Below are positions 12,242 to 26,000 of a stretch of 64,000 bases of DNA, one piece after another. Position 1 is the stretch's first letter. Every line of letters starts with the position of its first letter. Under the pieces are notes generated by a model. The model was not told where the DNA came from, ran no database searches, and saw only the letters and a program-made list of their open reading frames with translations. The translations under genes were made by a program, and so were the position numbers. Source of the stretch: Octopus sinensis (lineage: Eukaryota); assembly GCF_006345805.1 (NCBI RefSeq), contig NC_043019.1:22319360-22383359 (forward strand), read 5' to 3'.

Positions 12242-12442
12242 GGTGGCGAGCTGGCAGAATTGTTAGCATGCCGCTACGTTCTGAGTTCAAATTCCGCCGA
12301 GGTCAACTTTGCCTTTCATCCTTTCGGGGTCGATTAAATAAGTACCAGTTATGCACTGGGGTCGATGTAATCGAATTAATACGTAAGTCTGGCCTTGTTT
12401 GTCCCCTCTATGTTTAGCCCCTTGTGGGTAATAAAGAAATAA
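12242..12442 (+). mobile_element. SINE family B (internal deletion)
   Basis: Sequence match to the family. Confidence 0.85.
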
Positions 12443-12616
12443 GTATTACTCAGTTTCACTCCTTCAATGATAAGACCGAGAACCTCCCATGCTGGTGGTG
12501 CCTGCAAAAGTTGCGGAGAATATAGGGCCATACACCTTATTCTCAAAGTGCGTACATGTGTAGTCATGTGATATTGTGTAGAAATAAACACTAATAAGAT
12601 GACTTTCTATCCTTAG

Positions 12617-12719
12617 TTATGGGTTTCTGAAAAATACCAGATGGTACGTCGGGATTTCCATCCTATTTCTTATGCCGATGCCGGTCATCCAGTTACCGAA
12701 ATCTATAATTACCTAACCG
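12617..12719 (+). CDS. Host gene exon (0/1), module 2: LWVSEKYQMVRRDFHPISYADAGHPVTEIYNYLT-G
   Basis: tttctatccttag acceptor, GTGAGT donor. Homologous to exon 35249-35360. Confidence 0.85.
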
Positions 12720-12727
12720 GTGAGTTT

Positions 12728-12741
12728 CCACCACCACCACC

Positions 12742-12775
<34 letters not shown>

Positions 12776-13145
12776 TCATATCATCACCACCACCACCACC
12801 ACCACCAACATACCACTACCACACCACCACCACCACCACCACCACCACCCTCATATCATCATCTATCACCACCATCACCACCACCACCACCACCACCACC
12901 ACTACCACTACCACCACCACCACCACCACCACCACCACCACCACCATCCATCATCATCATCATCATCATCTTCACCACCACCACCACTCATCACCACACC
13001 ACACAACCACCACCACCACCACACCACCACCACCACCACACACCACCAACCACCACCACCACCACCACAACCACCATCACCACTTATTATTATCATTATT
13101 ATTATTGTTGTTGTTGTTGTTGTTGTTGTTATTATTATTATTATT
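12728..13145. repeat. (CCA)n/(CAT)n/(ATT)n/(GTT)n compound microsatellite
   Basis: Starts a few nt after the donor of exon 12617-12719. Confidence 0.9.
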
Positions 13146-13634
13146 GAGTGAGAGAACAGCACATGCCATCAAAGTGACAGTGGGGGTACAAATATACAAA
13201 GCCCAATATACCCATCAAGACTACCCGTCTGATAAGGGTACACCGGGCATATGCACCACAACCACATGTGCGCGACATGGTGATCTCATATCAAGATAAA
13301 TTGTGGAATCACCTTACAGGTGAGGCCCACTTAGAATTTTCTTCAGGCTTAGTGGCCCATCCCACTCAAAATGTCCTTGAATAAGGTTTGTTTAAGGATG
13401 ACAAATGAAAAACCCATGTTTCCTGAGGTGAATTATTCAAACTCAGATATTTCAAAATGCTTTGCTGCCCTTCATACGTTATTAGATTCTGAGTTCAAAT
13501 TCTGCTGTGGTCCACTTTGCTTTCATCCTTTCGGAGGTTGATAAAAAAAAGTATCAGTTGACCCCTGGAGTTGATATAATTTGACTCACCCCATCCCCAA
13601 ACTTACCGTCCTTGTGTCAAAATTTGAAATCACC

Positions 13635-13714
13635 ATTCTTCTTCTTCTTCTTCTTCTTCTTCTTCTTCTTCTTCTTCTTCTTCTTCTTCTTCTTCTTCTT
13701 CTTCTTCTTCTTCT

Positions 13715-13785
<71 letters not shown>

Positions 13786-13950
13786 TCCTTCCTCTTCCTC
13801 TTCCTCTTCTTCTTCTTCTTCTTTTTTTTTTTTCTTCCTCTTCTTCTTCTTCTTCATCTTCTTCTTCATCTTCTTCTTCTCCTCCTCCTCCTCCTCCCCC
13901 TCCTCCTCCCTCCTCTTCTTCTTCTTCTTCTTCTTCTTCTTTCTTCTTCT
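13635..13950. repeat. (CTT)n/(CCT)n microsatellite
   Basis: Directly visible. Confidence 0.9.
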
Positions 13951-13958
13951 TATGTTTA

Positions 13959-14170
13959 AGGCAGTGGGCTGACAGAATTGTTAGACTGCCATGCAAAATG
14001 CTTAGCAGCATTTTGTCTGTCTTTAAGTTCTGAGTTCAAGTTCTGCCAAGGTCCACTTTGCCTTTCATTCTTTCGGAGTTGATAAAATTAGTACCAGTTG
14101 AACACTGGGGTCGATGTAATCGGCTTAGCCCCCTCCCCTGAAATTGCTGGCCTTCTACCAAAATTCGAAA
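13959..14170 (+). mobile_element. SINE family B-related, diverged
   Basis: Shares head and central domain; different tail. Confidence 0.7.
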
Positions 14171-14262
14171 TCGTTATTATTATTTTTGCTGTTGTCTACC
14201 AAAGTTCTAAAGTATTTGATATTCTTTTTTCCTGTGTGGATTGTCCATTACTAAACCTCCAG

Positions 14263-14447
14263 GTACGGTGTACACCAGGGACAACCTCATGTTAAACTGT
14301 TCCTACAATACACTCCAAAACGCTGACACCAACGACGATGACATCTTGCAGCACATTCTGGATGTGATGAATGGCAAGGCTACTCGCATGGTGGACACAT
14401 TGCAGATCCTCCAGCTGGACAGAGAGAACACTTTTTATAATGGACAA
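14263..14447 (+). CDS. Host gene exon (1/0): GTVYTRDNLMLNCSYNTLQNADTNDDDILQHILDVMNGKATRMVDTLQILQLDRENTFYNGQ
   Basis: cctccag acceptor, GTATGT donor. Homologous to exon 43701-43867. Confidence 0.85.
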
Positions 14448-15364
14448 GTATGTTGTTTCACTCCTTCTTTCTCACCGCTTCCCAAATCCATCACCAACAC
14501 CGTCACCACCACAACTAATCCCCCAACACATGCCACCGCCTCGGAAAATAAAAAATAAAAAGAAAACATCAGAGATTTATTATTGCTTTCAGACCGTTTT
14601 TCGAAATCAGTGACAGTGGTTACTGGGAAAAACATTAAATAGATATTCGCAAACAGGTCTCTCCTCGTCGAAAACCGGTGATTAGCGTGTGTTGACAAGA
14701 GACAATAATCTCGAAACTGCAGTCCATGTGTATCACTTAGGTTTTCGAGAGGGGATGACCTCCCTTTGCAAATATCATAAGGGCACAGAAATTGTGTCTA
14801 AAGCCAGCTGGAGACGATGATCTCCTGGGACTAAAAAGCTACAGTAACACCCACCCCTAGTGGTTAGCCATATTGAGATGGCTAGTATACTTTACATACT
14901 CAAGGAGGTCGTCCAGATAAAGCACCCAACAAAGTGCTTTGTCTTGCAAGTTACTTGGTGACCTTGCCTGTGCTGGAGCAACATAAAAAGCACTCAGTCT
15001 GCTCTGCAAAGTGGTTGGCATTAGGAAGGGATTTCAGTTGTAGAGGTCATGCCAAAGTAGAGAGTGGAACTTGGCACTGTCCTCTGGTTTACTAGGTCCT
15101 GGCAAACCATCCAACCCATACCACCACAGAAGACGGATGTTGAATGATGATGATAATGATGATTGTGTGTACGTGTGTGTATGTGTACAAGTGTCTTTGT
15201 ATTTATGTCTGTATGCAAACAGCTACTTGGAGTGAGAGTTTGGTTCTAGGTAGAGACCAAATACATACATACATGCATATGTGTGCGTGCGCGTGTGTGT
15301 GAGTGCATGTATGCGTGCATGCATATTTGAATGTGTGAATTCACAAACAGAGAATAGAAGGCAG

Positions 15365-15397
<33 letters not shown>

Positions 15398-15442
15398 ATA
15401 TAATGTGTATATATATATATGTATGTATATATATAATGTGTG

Positions 15443-15473
<31 letters not shown>

Positions 15474-15686
15474 GTATGTATGTATGTATGTATATATAAT
15501 GTGTATATATATATATGTATGTATATATATAATGTGTGTATATATATATACCAATATATAATATATGTAGTATGTATGTATGTATATATAATGTGTATAT
15601 ATATATGTATGTATATATATAATGTGGGTATATCTATATATACATATATATATATATATATGTATGTATGTATGTATGTATATATA

Positions 15687-15751
<65 letters not shown>

Positions 15752-15988
15752 TATATATACATATATATATATGCACATCTTATTTAGAGCAGAGGCTTCC
15801 TCAGTTACAACCCAGAGAGAGAGTTTTATATCACATTTGCATCATAATATATTACATACTTTCTTTATTTTTTTCCTGGAAATCCTTCTTCCATATAGGA
15901 ATGACTTTGTCTGATCATTCAAATTGCCGATGGAAAGACTTGTACTAAATCCTTTCCTTTTTACTTCATTTTACTCTTTGTTTCCTAG

Positions 15989-16093
15989 CGTTCTTTGAGA
16001 AATGTCGTGTGTGATGTTTTTATATCGATGAAGACAATCCAAACAGATTCGGGAGCAAGTAAAAACGTTACGTTTGAGTATTATTTCATGACA
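15989..16093 (+). CDS. Host gene exon (0/0): RSLRNVVCDVFISMKTIQTDSGASKNVTFEYYFMT
   Basis: ttttactctttgtttcctag acceptor, GTAAGT donor. R-x-x-x-C-D-V-F motif. Confidence 0.88.
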
Positions 16094-16195
16094 GTAAGTA
16101 GATTTAATGGTTTATCTTCTTTTCTTTTTTTGTTTTATCACTACTCTCATGGATTCCCACGACCCTCTGTCACCATCCAATTCCATTATTATGAA

Positions 16196-17210
16196 CTAGC
16201 AGTATCGCCTGGCGTTGCTCGGGTTTGTAAGGGAAATAACTATATAAGCATTTTTAGAGAGTTATAGCCGAAAAATAGCAAAAAAATGCATTTAAAAATG
16301 GAAAAAAAAAAAAAAAATGATGGTAAATTTTTTTTAAATCGTTGACTCATCGTAGACATTTTTAGAGAGTTACTTCCCTTATATAATAGCGAAAAAAATG
16401 CATTAAAATGGAAAGAAAAAATGATGGTAAATTTTTTAAAAAATCGTTGACTCATCGTAGACATTTTTAGAGAGTTACTTCCCTTATATAATAGCGAAAA
16501 AAATGCATAATAAATGGAAAAAAATGATGGTAAATTTTTTTTAAATCGTTGACTCATCGTAGACATTTTTAGAGAGTTACTTCCCTTATATAATAGCGAA
16601 AAAAATGCATTAAAATGGAAAAAAATGATGGTAAATTTTTTTTAAATCGTTGACTCATCGTAGACATTTTTAGAGAGTTACTTCCCTTATATATAGCGAA
16701 AAAAATGCATTAAAATGGAAAAAAAAGATGGTAAATTTTTTAAAAAATCGTTGACTCATCGTAGACATTTTTAGAGAGTTATTCCCTTATCAATAGCGAA
16801 AAAAATGCATTATAAAATGGAAAAAAATGATGGTAAATTTTTTTTAAATCGTTGACTCATCGTAGACATTTTTAGAGAGTTACTCCCTTATATAATAGCG
16901 AAAAAATGATATTAAAAGGAAAAAAATGATGGTAAATTTTTTTTAAATCGTTGACTCATCGTAGACATTTTTAGAGAGTACTTCCCTTATATAATAGCGA
17001 AAAAAATGCATTAAAATGGAAAAAAATGATGGTAAATTTTTTTTTAAATCGTAGACTCATCGTAGACGCACGCTAATACCCAGAAGGGCTTGATATGAAT
17101 CACGACTATAAGATACCCAGTTTTGGTTAAACTGCACCGCAAAATGTGGGAGTAGTTAGGAATCTAAATCGTAGGAGACAGACACACAACTTCACTTTTA
17201 TATATAAAGA
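16196..17210 (-). mobile_element. Non-autonomous Helitron with 8 copies of an internal 100-105-bp unit
   Basis: Minus strand A^TC...CTAG^T with a subterminal cccgagcaacgccagg hairpin; cgttgactcatcgtagac recurs from 16340 to 17050. Confidence 0.85.
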
Positions 17211-17442
17211 TTTGAAGTGGGAACTTGAGTCATAGGGAATCTGATTACACAACCATGGATACCACCCCTATGGATGTGTTACAGTTACTCTCTTGGTGAT
17301 TAGAATTCTTCAGATGGACTGTTATACGTGGTGAAGGAATTCACTCTAACAACGTGGGTCTGTGAAGTTGGTGTGTGTACATGTCTGAAGTGGACGATGG
17401 TAATGGCGACGGTGGTAGAGACGACTTGAAGTTGGTACAAGG

Positions 17443-17672
17443 CGGCTAGCTGGCAGAAATGTTAGCACTCCGGGCGAAATGCTTACCAATATTTCGTCTG
17501 CTGCTACGTTCTGAGTTCAAATTCCGCCGAGGTCGACTTTGCCTTTCATCCTTTCGGGGTCGATAAATTAAGTACCAGTTACGCACTGGAGTTGATGTAT
17601 TCGACTTAATCCGTTTGTCTGTCCTTGTTTGACCTCTCTGTGTCTAGCCCCTTGTGGGTAGTAAAGAAATAG
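17443..17672 (+). mobile_element. SINE family B
   Basis: Sequence match to the family. Confidence 0.88.
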
Positions 17673-18578
17673 GTACAATGATGGTGACGACGACGGCGGA
17701 GATAGAAGACGTCCTGTTGCAGGTGTACATTAGCGTCGTCGTAGCTGAAGCATGGCTGGTCGTCTGTCGCTGGAACTGGAACATGTTGAGTAGCTCTGTG
17801 GTCAGTGACTAGACCTCAAAAGGTCTGGAGTCGAAAGACCATTGATCCTCTGAGATTCTTCCATCCAGCATCTATGTATGAAGCACCATTGGCTCAGTTG
17901 AGCTCTTCTGCTAACCTCTTCCCAATCTACCAGACTGCAGTTCCATGACTTCCCCCTAGCAGGGTGGCTGAATGGGTGCTATATCTTTCCAGAAGGCAGC
18001 CTGTAACTATCTATGCTGGGCATGGTCATCACTCTGTGAGGTATTTACAAAATACCCACATCCTTCTTTAATTAACCACAACCGAATTGCGTCTCCCAAT
18101 GCTATGCCAAGAGTCTCGGTCTCCCTTTAGCTTTGCTAGATCCTCAATTTTGTGTTATGTGTCTCTATCAATAACATCAATGTAGCTGAGTGGTCTTCAT
18201 CCTCTATTAAGGTGCTTAAGTTTCCAAAATATAACATCTGATATAGCTTGGTGTGCAGCATAATAACTGTCAGTATTAAAAAACATACTTCTGGACAGTT
18301 GTTTAGATAAATACTCAACAAAACAGAAAGATAAATTTTATTCAATGCATGAATAGATAGTCTGGCCTCTATCCTATGAACTGTTTACCATGAGAAGCTC
18401 TGTCAGGAGCTTGTGCTCCACTAGCAAAAGTCTTAGGGTCACTGAAGCACACAAGGCACCATGCTGCAACAAGAACTGGATACTGTAGTGAACAGCTACC
18501 ACTGGATGCGTTTTATATCCACAGTCAGTGTAGGTCAGAAACTCATACCAGCTGGTGCACATAAATCCACATCAACAG

Positions 18579-18768
18579 GCACAAGCATGGGTGCATGGTA
18601 AGAAGCTTGCTTCCAAAGCATAGTCCTGGGTTCACTCCCACTGTATGGCAGCTTGGGCAAGTGTCTTCTACTATAGCCTCAGGTCAACCAAAGCCTTGTG
18701 AGTAAATTTGGCAGACAGAAACTGAAAGAAGCCTGTTGTATACACACACACACACACACACACACACA

Positions 18769-18799
<31 letters not shown>

Positions 18800-18972
18800 T
18801 GTGTGTGTGTCTATCATTGCTTGAGAACAGGTGTTGGTGTGTTTGTGTCTCCAATAGAATAAGTACTAGACTTAAAAAAGAAGTCCTGGGGTTGATTTGA
18901 ATGACTAAAACCTTCAAGGCAGTGCCCCAGCATAGCCGTAGTTAAATGACTGAAACAAGTAAAAGACAAAAG
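18579..18972 (+). mobile_element. SINE family A (older, diverged)
   Basis: Diverged match to the family. Confidence 0.8.
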
Positions 18973-19144
18973 GTAAAAAAGATCCACAATCAAACATGAA
19001 TCGATTTATATGTGTCCATTACTGGACATGTAAACACAGACACTAATGGATTTACATCCACAACCAATATGTTGAATAAAACCATTCAAAGATCCACACT
19101 TGAAGATCTTTTGTTTATTGATTCTTCTGTTTATTTGTTTGTAG

Positions 19145-19243
19145 AATGACTGGAAGTTGATTCCTGATAGGGGTGGGCCTGAAAGTGTCATCACACAAAT
19201 TCCAATGATGCTGGAGATTTCCTACAGCCATAAGGGACATAAG
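19145..19243 (+). CDS. Host gene exon (0/0): NDWKLIPDRGGPESVITQIPMMLEISYSHKGHK
   Basis: Not in the ORF track; found by reading. ttctgtttatttgtttgtag acceptor, GTGAGT donor, 99 nt open. PMMLEI matches PVMLEI in module 3. Confidence 0.82.
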
Positions 19244-19394
19244 GTGAGTCGTCAGTATGTGAGAGTTGAGAGGAGACACCTGGAAAGAATAAAGCTAGAG
19301 AGAAGCTAATATTAATGAGTGTTTGCATGCAAACGTGTGTGTGAGTGTGTGTGTGTGAGAGAGAGAGTGAAAGCGAGATAGATAGAGAGAGAGT

Positions 19395-20012
19395 ATTTCT
19401 TTATTCACCATAAGGTTGAGAAAAAGAGGGGACAAAACAAACGTTGGGGTCAGGGTATCGAATGAGACGAAACGTATGAATAAACAAACAATTAAAATAT
19501 ATACAATTAAATGAGAATGAGTGAATAACAAAAAATGAAGCGGAGGATGCGGTTGACCCCACAAACCACATATTCACACTGAAGACTTTGCTTTCTCCTT
19601 TTTTACATTCTCGATTAAACAGGTTCTTTCACTCGCAACATACTTGCTATAGACTTCCATCTTTTACGAAACACACTTTGCGACAGGCATTTCTTCTCCA
19701 GCCTTATTTTCCGTTTCATGTGGAAAACGAAAAAGTCGATTAGCATGAGACTGGAGATGAACATGCCTGTTGCAATTCCTTTTACTCTCGTCTTCCATAC
19801 TACTTCTTTCGCCATAGCAACTACTGAGAGAAAACAGGCTCACTCCTCCCTATTCAGGGAGGTCGGCGGAACTATCTTAATTATAGATTCGCTCGACAGT
19901 TGTACTCTTCTCAAATGCGACAGCAGGTGTTCGACATAAGTCCAGAGTTCAGTCACCTTGGGGCATTGCCCAATCGCGTGCAGGACAGTTCCACTGTCCC
20001 TCTCACATCTTG
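19395..20012 (-). mobile_element. Tx1/L1-type LINE 3' fragment (CCHC knuckle and C-terminus)
   Basis: CERDSGTVLHAIGQCPKVTELWTYVEHLL and AKEVVWKTRVKG...FFVFHMKRKIRLEKKCLS..F.KRW in broken frames. Confidence 0.7.
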
Positions 20013-20429
20013 CAGAGAGTAAAAGCGAGATAGAGAGAGAAAAAGAAAGAGAGTGGGAGAGAGAAAGAGAAAGAGATACCAAAGTAAATGATCTTTCTCA
20101 GAGCATAATGATTTATAGTGTTGTATTTAACTCCAACCTAACCCCACCAAATGAAAACACCATTGGAAAGTGTCGTGGTTCACATCCTCCTTCTCCCTAA
20201 GCATAAAATTTTGTGCCTGTAAGATTTTCCTTAGTTTAGCGGATAAACACTTTCCTTGTATGAACAGCGTCAATAAAATATTTAAAAGATACACTTTAAG
20301 AGTTTCTTTAGGCTGTGTACTCAGTATAAAGAAAACATTAGTTGGTAGGTCCACACTATATGTTCCTTTATGGCCACTGCGACACAGATACAGTCATACA
20401 TGAGGATGGGGATTTGGGGGTTGGGGAGG

Positions 20430-20700
20430 TAAAATGTGCAGAAATATGTGGGTGTGGCAGAATGTACTTTCAGAATCAAATTTAACAACCATAGGTACTC
20501 CTTTTATATCCAGAAGAGACACAATGTCAAAACCCTGGCTAGGCATGTAAGGTCATTGAAAGAAAGTGTTATGGATTGCAAAATCAAGTGGAGAGTTCAG
20601 AAGGGCAAGCCTAACTTCAACAGTAACAGAAAGTGTAGGCTAAATCATCAAACTTTGAATACCTGTAACACTGTTGCAAAATTTTTCTAGAATAAATGAA
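20430..20700 (+). pseudogene. Penelope-like GIY-YIG endonuclease fragment
   Basis: KYVGVAECTFRIKFNNHRYSF...TLARHVRSLKE...IKWRV...KCRL. Confidence 0.7.
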
Positions 20701-20924
20701 TAGCGAATTTGGATTCAGTGTCAAAAATTACATCTATATGATACATAAAAAGATTTTTTTAAGGATAACTGTAAACAGTGACGAAAACCACAAAGATTCA
20801 TATATAAAAGATAAAAATGAAAATAAAATAAGTAAAAGTAAATAATATTAATAAAAATTAGATAAAAATGATAAAAAATATTCAGACTATGTTAAGTCAT
20901 ACAGACCTCAATAAAATAATAAAA

Positions 20925-21420
20925 AATAAGAAAAGATAATAAATATAATAAGATAAATAAATATTAATGTTAAAATATATGAAATAAAATGAAAATATAA
21001 AAATAAGAAAAGATAATAAATATAATAAGATAAATAAATATTATGTTAAAATATATGAAATAAAATGAAAATAAGAAAAAATAAGAAAAGATAATAAATA
21101 TAATAAGATAATAAATTTAATGTTAAAATATATGAAATAAAATGAAAATAATAAAAAATAAGAAAAGATAATAAATATAATAAGATAAATAAATATTAAT
21201 GTTAAAATATATGAAATAAAATGAAAATAATAAAAAATAAGAAAAGATAATAAATATAATAAGATAAATAAATATTAATGTTAAAATATATGAAATAAAA
21301 TGAAAATAATAAAAAATAAGAAAAGATAATAAATATAATAAGATAAATAAATATTAATGTTAAAATATATGAAATAAAATGAAAATAATAAAAAAAAAAG
21401 AAAAATATATGAGATAAATA
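20925..21420. repeat. 79-bp AT-rich minisatellite, about 6 copies
   Basis: tgttaaaatatatgaaat at 21121, 21200, 21279 and 21358. Confidence 0.85.
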
Positions 21421-21964
21421 AATAAAAATATATGTGGGCAAGTTAGAAGTTAAAAATAATAAATAATAAATAAATAAAACTAAAACTAAAACTAAAAATA
21501 AGATAAAATAAAAATAAAATAAAGTAAAAATTCAAATAAAAATAAAACCATTATAAACAGATGTGAATTATATATGTTAATTTGTGTGTGTGTATGGGTA
21601 TTTATTGTCTATATTAATTTATGTGTGTGTGTGTATACATGTTATTAAATATATTTGGGTAAGATGAAAATAGGAGTAAATAAAAAATATTAAAAACAAT
21701 AATAAATATAAATAAATAAAAATAAAAATAAAGTAAAAAATTTAAGTAAGAATGAAAGTAAGATAAAAATGAAGATAAAAGATAAAAAATAAAATCATTA
21801 TAAATATGGATGTCTATTGTCTAAATTAATTTATGTGTGGGTGTGTGTATGGATGTTTATTGTCTAAGTTGATTTTTGGTGTGTTAGTAAAAAGCTTATC
21901 TAATCAAATTTATTTATAAATGCATTTGTTTATAATTCTGAAATTCAAAAAGTATTATTTAGTA

Positions 21965-22360
21965 CTAGCAGTATTGCCCGGCGTTGCTTGGGTTTGTAAG
22001 GGAAATAACTATATAAGCATTTTTAGAGATGTAAAGTATAATAGCCATCTCAATATGGCTAACCACAAAGGCGGGGTGTTACTGTAGCTTTTTACGTTCT
22101 GAGATTTAATAATAAATTTTTAGAGAGTTACTTCACTTATATATGCCAAAAATGCATTAAAAATGGGAAAAATTGATGGTAAATTTGTTTTTAAATCATA
22201 GACTCATCGTAGACACGTGCTAATACCCAGAAGGGCTCAATATGAATCACGACTATAAGATACCCGGTTTTAGTTAAATTGCACCGCAAAATGTGGGAGT
22301 AGTTAGGAATCTAAATCGTAGGAGACAGACAGCACACAACCTCACTTTTATATATAAAGA
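21965..22360 (-). mobile_element. Non-autonomous Helitron, same family as 16196-17210, single internal unit
   Basis: Same termini and near-identical ends. Confidence 0.85.
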
Positions 22361-22685
22361 TTATCGATAGATTTACAATTTAAAATTTAAAATATCATGT
22401 ATTATATTAGACGGTCAATTATTAAAGATTAATATTCAATATTATGATTAATTGGATTCTTAAGTAATATATTATTATTTATATTATTTATATTTTATAT
22501 TCAGTTTATAGATTAAGTTACAGTTATTATATTATGTTTATATTTAAGATATTCAGTTTTGTTATTTATTCATTGTATTTTCTAAAAGCATCATGTCCGT
22601 GCACACAAGCATATGTATCTGTGTATGTATGTGTATGTATATAGACGTATATATATATGTATGAGTGTGTGTGTGTGCGTGTGTA

Positions 22686-22717
<32 letters not shown>

Positions 22718-22835
22718 CCCATGTTGCCACAAATAATATGCATGACCAGCTATCAAAGAACATATTTCTTACATGCGCACGCACACACACACACACACAC
22801 ATTATAGCTATATGATAAATATTTATCAATTTCAG

Positions 22836-22950
22836 AGGAATTTCTTCTATAATTTCTTTGACTTCTCCGATGTTGTCAGTTACAAAGATTTCGATACGTC
22901 TGCCTGTTACAATCAAACCAGAGAAATAGTGTTCAAGATTGCATTTAAAG
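22836..22950 (+). CDS. Host gene exon (0/1): RNFFYNFFDFSDVVSYKDFDTSACYNQTREIVFKIAFK-G
   Basis: atcaatttcag acceptor, GTGAGA donor. Homologous to exon 51976-52099 (FFDF, FD-x-x-x-CY, F-x-I-x-F). Confidence 0.88.
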
Positions 22951-23777
22951 GTGAGATTCAAAGTTTTGCTTCATATTATATGTACAATCACTTCCTGTGA
23001 TATGCTTACATGTACATACATAATAGTGCACAAGTGCACACGTAATCACACATGCACGTACATACGCACAATTGCTACTGCAAGTTTCGCAGGCCCCCAA
23101 CGAGAGCCCGACTCCTTCAGACTTCTAGAATGCCGAATGGAGAGATCCAGGAAGTCCAAGATGGCTACTTGAATATATATATGCACTCGTATATTTGTCA
23201 ATAGAGTGGGTATATCAATTGAAGTGTATAATATTATATATCCATAATGGATATATGATACTGTACACTTCAGTTTATGTGTATGTGTGTATATATATAT
23301 ATTTTTTTTTCATAGTATTTTTCCGATGGGCGGATAACTGAAGAGATGGCGGCATGGATTTCCACCTCGGTATCCGAAACTTGGAGTTTTATCATGGCTA
23401 CTGAATAATTGTCAAATATTATATTTACAGATATATATATATATATATATATAATATATATATATATATTATATATATATATTATATCTATATGTAGCCA
23501 CATGTGGATCGTTGGCAATTTTTTCCTCCCATCTCCATTTCTCTTGGACTTTCTTCTGTCTCCTGTTTCTGAAGAAGAGCTTTGCTTGAAACATAAAACT
23601 ACCTTTTTTTCCTTTCCCTGAGCATCAGCTAATACATTGCATGTGCCACGTCCTCGCGTTGTTGCCTTTTACTTGTGTTTTTTCTTCGTTTTATTTTTTT
23701 GGATTAATTTTAAAGATATATATAGGTGCCTTGTCTATATATAAATATGTATAGGCCTTGTCTCTGTAGTAGAAAGG

Positions 23778-23873
23778 ATCATCATCATCATCATCATCAT
23801 CACCACCACCATCATCATCATCATCATCACCACCACCACCACCACCATCACCATCACCACCACCACCACCACC

Positions 23874-23919
<46 letters not shown>

Positions 23920-24235
23920 CCATCACCACCACCACCACCACCACCACCACCACCATCACCATCACCATCACCACCACCACCACCACCAACCACCACCACC
24001 ATCATCATCACCATCACCACCACCCACCACCACCACCAACCACCACCACCACCCCATCATCATCTCATCATCATCACCATCACCACCACCACAACCACCA
24101 CCACCACCATCACCATCACCATCACCCACCACCACCACCACCACCACCACCACCACCATCATCATCACCATCACCACCACACCACCACCACCACCACACC
24201 ACCACACCACCACCACCACCACCACCACCACCACC

Positions 24236-24288
<53 letters not shown>

Positions 24289-24290
24289 TA
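23778..24290. repeat. (CAT)n/(CCA)n compound microsatellite
   Basis: Directly visible. Confidence 0.9.
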
Positions 24291-24691
24291 TAATTATTTT
24301 CTAATTGATTTGCATTTGATTTCACCTTCTGACCAGGTCTCAACCAGAGACTTAAGGCACGTATATATTAGATGGAAAGAAACTTCCTGAGAATGTGAGT
24401 GGTTGATGTCAACACGATTTTTTGAGACTCATAGATTGTGAGTTTCCCAGGGATCTTGTCAAAAAATTTATCACTACCTTTCTTGCTCCTTCCTGGAGCA
24501 CCTACAAAAAGAAGGGTGGTTTTGGTTTTTAATCGCCACATCTTAGATATCTAAATCTGAAGGCCCTTATATTTCGACAGTTTTTCAAATTCATTTGCTC
24601 AGATGTTTTTATCAGTAGACACTATCATATCAATTAACAAGCATGTTTCTTGTCTTAAGTCTTTGATGACGATGTCTGGTATGTTAGCATT

Positions 24692-25062
24692 TTATTACCT
24701 CCGCCTTAGCGAAGGCGGAGGTATTGTTTTCAGTCATCTTTGTTTGTTTGTCTGTGGACAATATATCTCAAGAACCGCTGGATAGATTCAGATGAAACTT
24801 TCATGGATGTTTGGCCTTGTGACTGGCACGGACTGATTAGATTTTGGGATTGATCCAGTACCGGACAAGGATTCTGGATTATTTTTTTTTTGTTTTTTTT
24901 TAAAAATCTTTGAAAGCGATTGAGTTCATTTTTAGTATTCGCATTTGTGAGAGCAGTTGAATTTATTTCAGATATTCTCATTTTAAAAATCATCTCTGGC
25001 TAATCCTTGAGAGGACGTTGGTGTTGCTTTGGTGGAAATTTGCACTCTCTGAGTGCTCTTGT
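24692..25062 (+). mobile_element. HINE/DINE-1-like Helentron non-autonomous element
   Basis: ttattACCTCCGCC-ttagcgaa-GGCGGAGGT 5' inverted repeat, (TGTT/TGTC) tract, 3' gcactc-tct-gagtgc stem-loop. Confidence 0.7.
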
Positions 25063-25100
25063 GGTTGTTGTTAATTATTATATTGTTTATTATTATTATT

Positions 25101-25145
<45 letters not shown>

Positions 25146-25372
25146 TATTGTTATTATTATTATTATTATATTTATGGGTTTTTCCTCTTCTTTCAAATTT
25201 GCTTCCATTCTGCCGAGTGTCTTCCTGACTCCTAAGGCAAAGAAACTCATAGTATACATTGGTAGGCCATTAAACTAAACTCACTTAGTTCGTTCATTTT
25301 TTTTTTTTGATAGAAATAAAGTTAAATTAAAATACATGGGTAGTAATAGTTCTCACATCGACAATGCTCTTC

Positions 25373-25374
<2 letters not shown>

Positions 25375-25430
<56 letters not shown>

Positions 25431-26000
25431 TAGTTTTATTTTTATAGCGTGCTTTCACTTCACTACCGAGCACAGCTCTGTGTGCCTTGGGTATGTGCTG
25501 TGATTTGTTGTGATGCTCTGATGGTTATTGTATGGAAAGTGTTCTGCGTAGGATGTGTGCAGTGCCTAGTAGTGCAATTTCTGTATGTTATATGTGTTTG
25601 TAAGTCCTGGTGTTTTTGTTATGTATTTGTCTGAATATTTTTTTATCATGCCTAATGCACCTACTATGATAGGAATTGTTTCTGTTTTCAGATTCCACAT
25701 TCTAGTTACCTCTATTTCCAGGTCTTTGTATTTTGAGAGTTTCTCCATTTCTTTTAGAGACACGTTGTCATCAGCCGGTATTGATACATCAATTAGAAAG
25801 CATTTTTTTTCTTCATGATCTCTGACACTATATCTGGTCTGTTGGCCTTAATTTCTCTATCTGTGTGTATCGGCATATCCCAGAGTATGGTTGCTTTTCG
25901 TTTTCTGTGACCTTTTCTGGTGTGTGCCTATTCCATCTTTTTTCTGTTGTTATTCCATAATGTTGGCATAGCTTCCAATGTATGTAGGTTCCAACTCTGT
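25375..26000 (-). mobile_element. R4/Dong-type LINE 3' fragment (restriction-like endonuclease) with (TAA)n tail
   Basis: HDRVGTYIHWKLCQHYG..ILWDMPIHTDREIKANRPDIVV..LIDVSIP..EKLSKYKDL..VGALG..LLGTAHILRRTL across frameshifts. Confidence 0.85.
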
